64,000 nt of DNA from Proteromonas lacertae (Eukaryota), in NCBI GenBank assembly GCA_002245135.1, contig NGBS01000614.1, positions 1 to 64,000 on the forward strand, read 5' to 3'. The translations under genes and the position numbers were made by a program. Every line of letters starts with the position of its first letter. Position 1 is the stretch's first letter. Shown piece by piece: positions 42,271 to 54,192 of the stretch. The notes beneath the pieces were generated by a model, which saw only the letters and a program-made list of their open reading frames with translations, made no database searches and had not been told where the DNA came from.

Positions 42271-43519
42271 ATGATATTAAATCATTTGAAAGTTATTGAT
42301 GCAATTACTCAACCTAAGTACGCAATTAAGCCAAGAATCCGAGGTATTATCAATTTAGGAAACACATGTTTCTTGAATTCGCTAATTCAAAGTCTTCATT
42401 CCACATCTTTTCCTGAATTCATATATGAATACTGTAAGAAGAATAATGATGAAGGTAAATCGCCAGATGACTATTGTTTATCGTTAAGTATGAATGAACT
42501 CTTCGAATGTATATATAATTTATTTATTTTTTAATAACAGCTATATGCCATTACCAATTTTTAATATATACAAATCCACCTCCTTTAGATATTGTTCATT
42601 TCATTAGAACTTTTCAATCAAAACTCTCTAATTTAGTATTAACATCGCAACAAGTATAACTTAGATGTAAAATGTTAATGTATATTGTAGGATCCAGGTG
42701 AAGTTTTTCACTATCTAATCGATTCAATCGAGAAAGAAAATCCCCAATTATCAAAATCCTTTCTTTCTCCATTCTATGGTAAGATAATTAATCACACATG
42801 GTGTTTAAAATGCCATACAGAGACTTCCTCAACCACAATTCCATTTTTAGCTTTAGATTTAGATTGTCCAATAGTATTACCTTCTAAAAACCCAATAAAA
42901 TTGAAAACATTGATTTTTAATACATATAATACACTTCATAAAGTAACAGATTATAGATGTGAAAAGTATTAAATATATATATAAAATAATTATTAATAGA
43001 TGTTCAGAAAATAAATTGAAATTTACTTCCACAGTTTATTACTATTTATTAAAATCATCTACGAAACCTTCCTCCTCTTCTTCTTCTAAAAAGCCATATA
43101 CTACTTCCTTCCTTAATTTTCCTATGTCTTTTCCAGAAAATTCCATTAGCAATAACATCACAACAGTTACACTTCAAACCATTGAAGAGTTTCCTAATAG
43201 TTTGTGTTTTATCATTCAAAGGAATAAGTATTTAAATAAAATAAATGGTCCAGTAGATTTTCCATTTACACTAACAGCTAATGATTTAGTATTCTCAGAA
43301 GAGAAAAGAGAAGAATATAAAGATATGAATTATAAATTAGTAGCAATTGTTGTGCATTTAGGTTCAAGTTTTTCGTTTGGACATTATGTTACTTATAGAT
43401 ATGAAAAACATAATCAAATGTGGTATTATATAAGTGATCATCATGTTACTCCAATTTCACTATCTCTAGTAAGAACTGCTGAACCATATTTGTTATTTTA
43501 TGAGAGAATAAAACTATGA
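42271..43519 (+). CDS. Ubiquitin-specific protease (peptidase C19), 3 introns
   Basis: Cys box GIINLGNTCFLNSLIQ, QQD formed across an intron, CLKC and CEKC zinc-ribbon cysteines, His box VVHLGSSFSFGHYVTY, WYYISD, PYLLFYER. Confidence 0.92.
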
Positions 43520-43628
43520 TGATAAGGTTTATAATTTATTTATTGAGATCTTTTTATTTTCTTTAAAAACAAACAAAATGTATATAGTTAATTCTATTCG
43601 AATATTAATATATATATATTTGTATCTA

Positions 43629-44289
43629 TTACTGTGGAATTGCTTGTCTTGCTGCTGATCCATATGCATTTCTATTTCCTGTAGCACCCTATAATCAATA
43701 TAAAATCTAAAATATACAGAATCCAAAGCCATTCCTGGAAGTAATTGAGCTAACATTGCATCTACTTCAGCATCAGCCTCTCCTGCTTCTGGAACAAGAT
43801 CTGAGTCATCTATAGCATCCATTATTACATCACTTCTCATTAATTGTTCTTGGAAGTCCCTTAATACTCCAGCAAATTCTCCTTCGTCCATACATACTTT
43901 ATTAATATTTCTTGCTACATCAGTTGATATTTTTATTCCGTCACTTAATTTTTGAAAAGCTGCTTGTTGTTTCATTTTTAAATCAATATCATCCAGTCTT
44001 GCTAAATTAGTTGTAAGTTTATCTTTTGATTTCTGAGCTAATAATAGAGCCTGACATAACATTTTTGCTAATTCAGGATGTCCCTATCCAATATAACTAG
44101 ATTCATCTATACTGACTTAGCATAATTAACTACTTCTTGTTTTAAACTCGCTTCTTCTTTAGCTATTCCTTTTAATTGTCTTTTCAAAGCATAACGCACA
44201 TCACGACTTCTATCCCTCCACTCATCCATCTAATGAAGTAATAATCAAAATAATACGATTTCTTCAACTGTAGGAGCTTCTTTTGGCAT
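43629..44289 (-). CDS. VPS24: ESCRT-III subunit, Vps24/CHMP3-like (Snf7 family), 3 introns
   Basis: Spliced product MPKEAPTVEEIMDEWRDRSRDVRYALKRQLKGIAKEEASLKQEVVNYAKSGHPELAKMLCQ...STDVARNINK...FQEQLMRSDVIMDAIDD...EADAEVDAML...ARQAIPQ*; basic N-half and acidic C-half. Confidence 0.78.
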
Positions 44290-44603
44290 GCTTACTAAAA
44301 AAAAGAAACAAAAAAAACTTGAGTTTGACTTTTACAGTAGATTTTAAAATGAAGTATAGATGTAGAAATTCTTTACTTTCTACCTATTTTCTAATAATAA
44401 AGAACATTATGCAATAAAATTAGTGATTAAAGAATGAAATCACAAAATTACTCTTAGATAAACAAATATTCATTCCATAATGTACTATTAGATAATTTAA
44501 ATTAAACACTTTACTTAAGCTTCATTGCTCTAACTACAGAATAAGAAAAACAGTAATGTAATAATTACATGTAATTTGTGTAATCTCATTTTTTATAATC
44601 AGT

Positions 44604-45386
44604 ATGAGTGAGAATTGGAAACAAATACAATTTTCAAAATATAATGTAGAAGTACTACAGACAACACAAGGTGGAATATCAGGAACAGGTATAGTTATTC
44701 TTTTTGCTAATTTATAGGATGGAAAGTCTGGAATGTATTTTAAAATTGCATATTATTGTGTAGTCTGCATATCTTGCATTGAGATATATTGAACATTTGA
44801 TTGAATCAGATGAGAGTTTATTCAAAAGCAAACGTGTATTAGACCTAAGTGCAGGATGTGGACTTCTTGGAATTGCAATAGCTATATTGGGTGGAAATGT
44901 TGTTGTAAGTGAAACAGGTGAAAATCAGTTGAAATTACTATATAGAAATGTAGATCATAATTTACCACAAATAAATGAGAATGGTGGGACTATAAAAGTA
45001 GTTGATTATGCATGGGGTAATGTATATTTCTTATTTTATACTCATATTAGGATATATCTTGCTTAAATCCTCCATTTGATTATATATTCATGTGTGATCT
45101 ATTATTTATTGTCGTTAGAGATGGTTTAATGGAATATTTTACATACACACTTGAGAAACTAATACAAAAAAACACAATTAATTACTTGATATATGAAGAA
45201 AGAACCATTGATAAGGAAAGAGCGTATATTTCACAATTAGAACAAAAATTTACATTAAAATCGCTTGAAATTAAAGAAGAATGGATGAAAGATGCAAATG
45301 GAGTGAGTGATGGTGAATTTGCTGGGTTATCAGATATTTTTAATGAAGATCCACCTCTGGAACTGTATTTAGTTGAACCAAAATAG
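44604..45386 (+). CDS. METTL21 / methyltransferase-16 family protein lysine methyltransferase, 3 introns of 29 nt
   Basis: GTGWKVWNSAYLALRY, VLDLSAGCGLLGI, YAWG, FDYIFMCDLLF. Introns 44689-44717, 44735-44763 and 45022-45050, with a 17-nt micro-exon at 44718-44734. Confidence 0.87.
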
Positions 45387-45574
45387 GTATATAACTTGAT
45401 ATTTTCTATTCCGTTTAACTCATTCTTTTTTTCTTATATAAAATATATAATTGAATAATATAATGAGAATATAATTATTTTTAACAATTTTCATTATCAT
45501 AATAAGCTTTTTAGAAAAGAAGCAGTTTAAAAAAATTCAAAATTTTAAGTTGTTTTTTCTATTTAAGAGACATA

Positions 45575-47279
45575 ATGGCAACTCATGTCCATAAAAATGA
45601 TGTCTTTAAAGTTCTTAAGTTAGTAATTGATCTTAGAGTACTTTTTGAATATTTATTCTATAGAATATGGCAATGAAAGGATATAACATCCTTTCAGAAT
45701 GTCAAAGAGATGCACCAGAAATAATTAGCGAGACTGTATTTATTATGAAATAATTATTTGTAGTTGAAAAGGAAACAACAAGAATTTGAAAATCAGAGTA
45801 GAAAGAAATCGAAAATTGGTGTGAATACTGATGATTTCACTCTAGTGTATAATAATAATGTATAATATTAAATAATAGACAAGAAATATTAGAATCATCA
45901 GGTGAATTTGAAAATGACTTTAATAGGTTAGAAGAATTAACTTCATATGAATTAAAACAAATGTGTAAAGACTATGGTTTATCACAAAATGGACATAAAC
46001 TAGATTTAGTCCAAAGAATAGCAGATTATTTACATGATCAAAGAGGATTTAATACAAGAATATCCTCTTTTAATAATAGTAACAGAGAAAGCATAAAACG
46101 TGCAGAATATGGTGAATCAGCAGTATTAAAAGAAGATGAAGTTTCTTTACTGAATAAACTAATGGAAGAAGAAGGAAAAGTAAATGATGAAGTATTTGAA
46201 GAAAGAATAAATAAAAATGAAATGATGATTGAAGAACATCCACAGAAACATATTCAATCTCCATCTCCAATCAGTAGACCAGTTCATAAAGCAATACCAG
46301 TGTTAAAAAATCAAGATTTGCTAATTGAATCACCTATTATTGAAAAACCATTGAAATCAATAAAGCCAAAATTGGATATGGAAGAAATAGAATCAAATAT
46401 TGAAGAAACAGTTGATGAATGTGAATTGAAAAGAAAAATCAAATTAGAAATGGAGAAAAGAAAAGCAAGTGATAATAAATTTAAAGAAGCAAATACACCA
46501 AAGACATATAATAATACAATCTCTAAAACACCTCGAACTCCAAAACCAAATCTAAAAGCAACTATAAAACATGTAGTATATTATATATATATTATATTAT
46601 TTCTTATAAATAGAATCCAATAATATCAAAATTGAAAAATTCAGTTGTTACAGCAAAACCTTCTCCAATTAATTCTTCACAAAAACAACAACAATCTAAT
46701 ACATCCAATGTAACCAACAATAATAGTATAACAAAACCAGCTCAACTAATTCATCCTATTTCTACCCCAATTCTTAATCATAAATGTTCCAAAGTATTTG
46801 TAAATAACAATATTCAACTACTACTGCAAGAGAATAAAAAGAAAGAAAATGCTAATAACAAAAAGACAAATAATGATGAAAATAGTCATAACCACAGTCA
46901 CAATAGCAATAATAATGAGAATAAAGAAAATAAAGAAGATAATAGCGTAAAAAAGAATACAACTGATAGTACAGATAAAAAGAAATGTAATAACAATAAA
47001 GATAATAAATCAAATCAAGATGATTGGACATCTGGTGAACAACTTCAAAAACAGTTGAAATATCAATATGATCATTATTTAGATTTGGAATGTATATTCG
47101 GAACAGTAAAGATGTGTAAATTAGATAGTATATATTATATTATATTATTATCAATAGCTATATTCCCAAATTGTCAAGAAACAGTAAGAGGAAGTTCAGG
47201 AGATTGGAGGAATGATGGATTAACAAAAGAAGAAAGAGAAGAATATAAAAGAGAAATAGAATTAGAAAGATTATTATAA
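45575..47279 (+). CDS. INCENP: INCENP-like protein with SAP domain and C-terminal IN-box, 5 introns
   Basis: SAP-like LEELTSYELKQMCKDYGLSQNGHKLDLVQRI, a low-complexity middle with S/TP sites, and IN-box-like W...L..QL..Q....LECIFG....KLD.IF......RGSSGDW. Confidence 0.75.
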
Positions 47280-47349
47280 GTGTTTTTATGTATAAAAATG
47301 TTTGTGAAATTAAAATAAATAATAAATCAATTAAATAATTAATATTACA

Positions 47350-50300
47350 TTAAAGTAATTGACATGTTTTAGACTTAGGTGGTGGAGGTTCTTCTTCCTC
47401 TTCTTCTTCAACAACAGCTTTCTTCTTTACTTCTTTTTTCTTTTCTTCTTTTGTTTCAATTGGTTCTACTTCAGTATTTTCATCAATCTCTGGTTTATTA
47501 TTTTCATTATTATTATCAACATTAACAACTGGAAGTAGTGGTTTCTTCTTCACTTCTTCATCATCATCATCATATTTGAAATCATCAGCAACAGTAACAT
47601 GTTTTGTATCATTTTTATTATTATTATCATCATCATTCACTTCACTTTTGGGTATTGATATTTTCTTCTTTATATCTCTATTCTCATTCAAATTCTTTTT
47701 CTTCGTTGGTTCATCTATAAAATCTTCAGCAATATCCATAAAACTCTTTATATCGTCAGTTCGTTTTGGCTTTCCGCCCATTTCATTTTCATCACTAATA
47801 TCTGGTTCATTTTGTATTGGATATTTTATATTGAACAATCTATCATATGATATATTTGGATCTTTCTCTTCAATTGGCAATGGCTTGGGAGGAATCCATT
47901 TCAATGGTGATGGAGGTCTTAATATAACTATTCCTCTAACATTATCATTCACATTATTATCTTCACAAAAAATGTGTGTTAATGGCGGTGGTGTATTTAT
48001 CCTTTTAGTTAAAAAGTCATTTGATTGAGTTACTGGTCGAGATAATGTAACTGGTGATGTTACTCTTTTACCATATCTTTCTAATAATTCCTTTGCTAAT
48101 GAAATGGCTTGATCTTTTATCACTAATTGGTAGTTCTTTTGTAAATCTGAATAATCTAGAAATTCTAATGCACTTGGCTATATAAATTAATAAATAATCA
48201 TTATAATATTATATACTCCATATTTATATAACAAATATCCTAAACAATCAATAGCATAATCTCTCACTTGTTTAGTTTTGTGACATAATGAATAATAAAC
48301 AAATGATTTTATCTCTTCAATAGTTGATGGTTTGAAATTTTCTGTGTAAAATATTATTTGTGTTATAATCTAATGATATTTATTGTATACATATATATAA
48401 TAAATACTTCAATTCTTCCAAGCATTTCTCTATTAAACACATTTGATGAATTTGGCTCACTTTCCATCACATTAGTCATTTGTTTAATAACATACTCTGA
48501 TGAAATTGTTTCTAATTGAGCTAAATATATTATTGTATTTATTGTAGATTGAACAATATCTTCATTTTTATCTCTCAATCTCTTTGTTAATAACGAGAAT
48601 GTGAAATTCAAACCTTTTATGAATGAACCACGAGGTAATCTTGTCACATTTATTCTTTTTATTTGATTTGAGTAAAGATCAGTAATGAAATTCATTGTTT
48701 CATCATATACCAACTTTATATCATCTTTTAATAAATGTTCCATTGCATAATAGATGGATTGATAAATATAATATGGTTCAAATTGTCTTGGTATTACTTT
48801 AATATAATGATGAATTATCTATTTCAATAATATACTATAATATTTATACATAAACTGCAGCTCTTCTTAATCTGAATTGTTTTGAATATATTGATAATAA
48901 TGTCAATCTATTATGATAATTCAATAAGAAAATATATACTCTCCAAATACTGGTGCTAATGAATTCAACTCATAAATCGGTCCTTTGTGCATTTTCTCAG
49001 GCATTTCAATATCTCTTTGACTATCAATATATTTCTTCATTATTTTATCTAACGGATGCTTCAAATCAATTGGTACTGTCAAATATTCATCATCTTCTTT
49101 CTTTTCAATTACTATCGGAGAATGTACTAGTGGTGAATTATGTGGAGGTGATTCTACTGGAGGTGTTTCTATTGGTGATGGTAATACTAATTGTTGTACA
49201 GCTGTAGGTGGTGGACTTGGTTCAACTGGTCTTTCAGGAATATACTCTGGCGGTGTTGCTGGATGTGGTGGTACAGGATTACTTGGTCTTTTAGGAATAG
49301 ATCTTGCAGAATCGATTATTTTGAATGACATATTAGGTGTTGGAATTGCATTGAGTATTTTATCAGCATCATTTGGAGTTCCTGATTTTGAACCAAATGG
49401 AGTTGGATAGGGATTGTATATTTCTGATATTATTACTGGTGTATATGGAGGAGTATAGACAACTGTTGATTTGGTTGTTGCAATACTTATTGTTGTGGTT
49501 TTTGATGATGCTGTTGATGGTGGTTTTACACTTTCTGGTTTCTTCCATACAACATCATCAGGTAATTTACAGTATAGATGTAATTCAGGTCTAGCTTTCT
49601 AATTATAATAAATAAAATTATATATAGAGAGAAAATAATACTTTTGCAATATCATCTCTTCTTTGCTTTGCTTTCTTCAACTCTTGTCTAATAAGTTCAT
49701 TCTTTGGATTCATTTTTAATGATTTCTATATACAGTAATTAACCAATATTTATACATTTAATTTAGAGATACAACTTCCTTCTAAAATTAGTTCATTTGC
49801 TGTGGATATATAATCCATTATAGTTGAAGATGCTTGAGGAGATTTTGATGTTTTTTCTGCAATAATTGAATTCTCAATCTGTAACAACATTGCTCCAGTT
49901 TTACTATCAATCTATTTTCAGTAAAAATATTATATTAATAATAAATACAACTGTTTTCTTACTATTTCCTCTATTGTAACTATCAATTTCATATGGCTAA
50001 TTCAAATAAATAAATAAATAATATTTCAATATATATATACTAATATTTTATCATTTGGAATAACAATTCCATTGAAATTCATTGATTGTATTGATACTTT
50101 CTGTTTTATATTTGCTGGAGATGGATAATGCTCATGTATTAGGAATTGTATGTATTGACAACAGTTAAAGTTAAAATTGACTTTGAAAACTTTGTGATAT
50201 GAATCTGGATTGTTTATCTCTTCATTAATAATTAGTTTGTCAAATAAAGTATATTCTTTTCTGTTTTTAAATTATACAATAAATAAATACATAAAAGGAG

Positions 50301-50621
50301 GATCTTTTGTGTATATTTCTATTACTCTAGGTAAATAGGGTCTAATAATATAAAATCAATATAGCCATACCCAATTAAAAGGAACTTGCATATTTTCTAT
50401 TTCTGCTCTGTAGTGTAGCAGTATTTCCAATTTAACAGGTAGGTCAGGATATCTAATTTGATAATCTATATATTATACGATGATGATGACCAACAAGCAT
50501 TCCGATCATTCAAAACACCTGTTTCAGAATTTAAATTACCTGACTTTGATAAACTATCCTCACTAGAACATGAAACAATTTTGTAAGGTATGGGAACAAC
50601 ACCTTCTCTTTGATTCAGCAT
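47350..50621 (-). CDS. CEP104: CEP104-like protein (N-terminal jelly-roll, Pro-rich linker, TOG domain) with a CaaX C-terminus, about 11 introns
   Basis: N-terminal IPYKIVSCSSED...W.S...P...CQYIQFLIHEHYPSPANIKQKVSIQSMNFNG resembles the CEP104 jelly-roll. VFGE...YSKQFRLRRAA, LTKRLRDKNEDIVQS and HKTKQVRDYA resemble its TOG domain. Ends KSKTCQLL*. One apparent +1 indel near 50381. Confidence 0.72.
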
Positions 50622-50755
50622 TAAATCATAAGAAGTTTAAAAAAACTGATTAAAAAAGCTTGAAAATTGTCAAACTGGTTTGTCATTTTCATTTTGATTT
50701 TAAAAAATCGATTAGTTGTTAGAAGCTTAAACTAGATATTTATTTATAATATAAC
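50622..50755. promoter_or_regulatory. Putative 134-bp bidirectional promoter between the CEP104-like and PP2A genes
   Basis: Head-to-head ATGs at 50621 (-) and 50756 (+). TGTCA at 50668-50672 and 50681-50685. Confidence 0.55.
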
Positions 50756-51718
50756 ATGAGTGAGGATATTTCTATTGACACACTTGATAATTGGATCGGT
50801 GACTTGAAAGACTTCAAAATTATCTCTGAGCTTGAAGTAAAGAAATTATGCAACAAGGTATTTTTTATTGTTGTATTTTTTATATGCTAGGCAAGAGAGA
50901 TTTTAATGGAAGAGTCTAATGTACAACCAGTTCCTTGTCCAGTCACAATCTGTGGTGATGTGCATGGTCAATTCCATGATTTAATTGAATTATTTAAGAT
51001 TGGTGGTAATTCTCCAGATACAAACTATCTATTTATGGGTGATTATGTTGATCGTGGTTATTATTCAGTAGAATGTGTTACATTGTTAATAACTTTGAAA
51101 GTTAGATATAAGGATAGAATATTTTTAACTCGTGGTAATCATGAATCAAGACAAATCACACAAGTTTATGGTTTTTACGATGAATGTTTAAGAAAATATG
51201 GAAATGCCAATGTGTGGAAATATTATACTGATTTATTCGATTATTTACCTCTTACTGCTATAGTAGAAGGCCAAATATTCTGTTTACATGGTGGATTATC
51301 TCCATCAATTAAATCATTAGATAATATTAGAGCTATAGATAGAGTGCAAGAAGTACCCCATGAAGGTGCAATGTGTGATTTATTATGGTCTGATCCAGAT
51401 GATAGAAACGGTTGGGGTATTAGTCCAAGAGGTGCAGGTTATACATTTGGTAAAGATATTTCAGAGACATTTAATCACACTAATAATCTATCACTTGTCG
51501 CTAGAGCACATCAATTAGTAATGGAAGGTTATAATTGGGCGCATAATCAGAATGTTGTTACTATATTCTCAGCACCTAATTACTGTTATCGTTGTGGTAA
51601 TCAAGCTGCAATTTGTGAGGTTGATGAGAAGATGAAATATACATTTTTGCAGTTTGATCCTGCACCACGTAGAGGTGAGCCTCATGTAACTAGGAGAACT
51701 CCTGATTACTTCTTGTAA
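50756..51718 (+). CDS. PPP2CA: Serine/threonine protein phosphatase 2A catalytic subunit, 1 intron (50858-50890)
   Basis: [30 protein letters not shown] and the C-terminus TRRTPDYFL characteristic of PP2A-C. Confidence 0.98.
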
Positions 51719-51943
51719 TATCATAATAGTAAAAATATAATAATTGTCATTAATTATTCTAAAAATCAAATTATTTCTTTATATATATTCGTTTGTGTTG
51801 TTTTATAAACCCTAAATAAACAATAAAAAAACCATTATTCCAGAGATCGTTTATAATTGACTAAAAATCTTACACTTTTATAAACATTAATAATAATAAT
51901 AATATATCAATTTATAAAAAATCTCTGAATTGAATAAGAATCT

Positions 51944-53096
51944 TTAATTAAGTGGTTTGTTAATCCAAGCAGTAGGAGTCACTGGCACAGTAGCAGTAGC
52001 AGTAGTAGCAGTTGTATTTGTAGTAGTATTACTAACATTATTGTTATTACCATTATTATCTGGATTAGTAGGTGGAGGTAATGGAGGCCAATCGTTAATA
52101 GTATCAGATATAACGTTTTGAGTTGTATATTTTCTATTATTATAACCCATTTGATTATTATTATTATAATTATTATTGTAATGTCTATGATTTCTGTTAT
52201 TTCCGTTAGAATTATTATTATTTTGGAAATTGGAATATGTTAATCGATTATTATTATTATTATATTGTCTTGGATGATAATTACTTCTATATTCAGAATT
52301 ATTTTGATTATTACCAGTAGTTGTTCTATTACTTCCTGTAGATATATTATTATTATTATTATTATTTGTTGTTGTTGTTCCACTAGTTGTAGTATTAGTT
52401 ATTGAATCGTTATTATCTAAAGTACCAGTATTAGTTGTCAATGGATTTGCTGCTGCTGTTGTTGTTGTTGATGATGATGCATCCAGTTCATTTACATTAT
52501 TTTGATGATTTTTATTACTATAATATTATATATATATTAATACACTTTTCTTAATTGTTCACTACCATGTGCAAATTGACACATATCTCCATATCTACAA
52601 TAACCAGTATTATTAAAATTTTTACATAATTCCGTCTTATACAATGCTGATTTAGCTACTTTAGGTAAATTATTACTTCTATTGTAACTTGCTTGTGAAG
52701 ATGTCCTTCTTGTTGAATAAGGAAAGTAATGCATTGAATATGAATAAGGTGGAGGAAAGTAATAGTAATTCATATCTAATAATGACACATTAGAATGTCC
52801 GTCATTTCCAGTAGCATTTGATGCTTCTCCTCCTCCTGCATTCATTGAAGATATTTGTTGAGTTAGTAAATCAACTTCAGAATAATCAGTGGCCGGAAGA
52901 TGTAATTCCTATATTTTATATTAATTAGATAATTAATAAATACATCAGAAATGTTAGTATAGTTGTTTTGCCACATTTGGTTTGGAGATGTGTTATTACT
53001 ATCAAATTCATAGAATACAAATATATACGATGAAGAGTTCATAGATTGAGCAATATGATTTGAAGAGTTCAAATTCATAGAGTCAGTTGAATCCAT
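51944..53096 (-). CDS. CCCH zinc-finger RNA-binding protein (TIS11/ZFP36-type finger) with an Asn/Thr-rich low-complexity tail, 3 introns
   Basis: YKTELCKNFNNTGYCRYGDMCQFAHG (C-x8-C-x5-C-x3-H with the YKTEL lead-in). The three listed ORFs join in frame through GT-AG introns. Confidence 0.85.
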
Positions 53097-54192
53097 TTAT
53101 CAAAATCTACAATGCTATTACCTATAAGTCTACTAATATAAGATAATGATATAGAATTTAAAATAAATACAATTAAATAATTTAATACTCACTCTTAAAA
53201 CCTCTTAATTTTGAGTTAATGAAAAATTAATTTGACTGTCAAGCCTTTTCTTCAAACAAAACTAATTTTCTCAACAAATATCAATTTCTGATTGAATAAA
53301 TCATGTTTAGAAAATTATAAACTACACAAATAAACACATAACAAATAAATATAAGATTAAATTCATTTATATAGATTTTACTCTTCTTTTTAATAATCAC
53401 AGTTTGTTTCATGATTATCTACATTTATTTATTCCAATCATTCCAATAATATTCTTTTTCATATACTACATTATCATGTAATGCATTTTCAGTTCTATTC
53501 CCTAAATGTTCAACTTCTATAAACATAAATACTATATAATATAAGAATGTATATAGTAATGTGTAAAAACATATTATAATTGGTCAGTAAATTCTATTTT
53601 TCATTTTTGATCAATGAAAGTAAGTAAAAATATAAATCATCCCAATTTATCGATTTATAATCATTGCAATATATATAATATATACGTTCTTATAAAATTA
53701 TCACTCACATTTAATAGAAAAGAGAAATGTAATTATTCATTTCTATTTTGCTCAAGTTTATGGCTTGAACATTCCTCAATTTTTTTCATTTTTCATACAT
53801 AACTGATACTGCCACTTCACATATCCCCAATTGTGATCAGATAATCAAAGGGGAAAGGAAAAAATATATAAATTTATGTAGAATTATTTAATTTAGATTT
53901 AACTTTAACAAATAATCTAATCATGTTTTAGCATCTACATGTCTACTTCCACATTAATTCATATTAGTATTCATTACAAGCATCTTCTAAACACTCTAAA
54001 TTAAATGTGATTGTTTTGTCTTTGTTATTATTTTCATCTAAAAGAATTACTTTGCAAAAAGTATTGAACTTTCTTAAATCAATATCTAAATCAGTGAAGT
54101 ATGTTTTTTTTCTGTTTCAAAATATATAGCCGTTTAGTTAATAATTTCAATTCTTTTTATTTACGTAACTAGTTTATATATAATAATTTGGA

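Noticed and set aside
50342..50389. GC-AG intron (GCAAGT donor, 48 nt) in the CEP104-like gene
   Set aside because: It restores frame but removes residues that align with CEP104. A 29-nt GT-AG intron plus a one-base insertion gives MQVLLIGPYLPRVIEIY, which matches better.
43629..51718. Functional cell-division cluster (VPS24, INCENP, CEP104, PP2A)
   Set aside because: Mixed orientations and an unrelated intervening gene; such adjacency is expected by chance in a compact genome without synteny or co-expression evidence.
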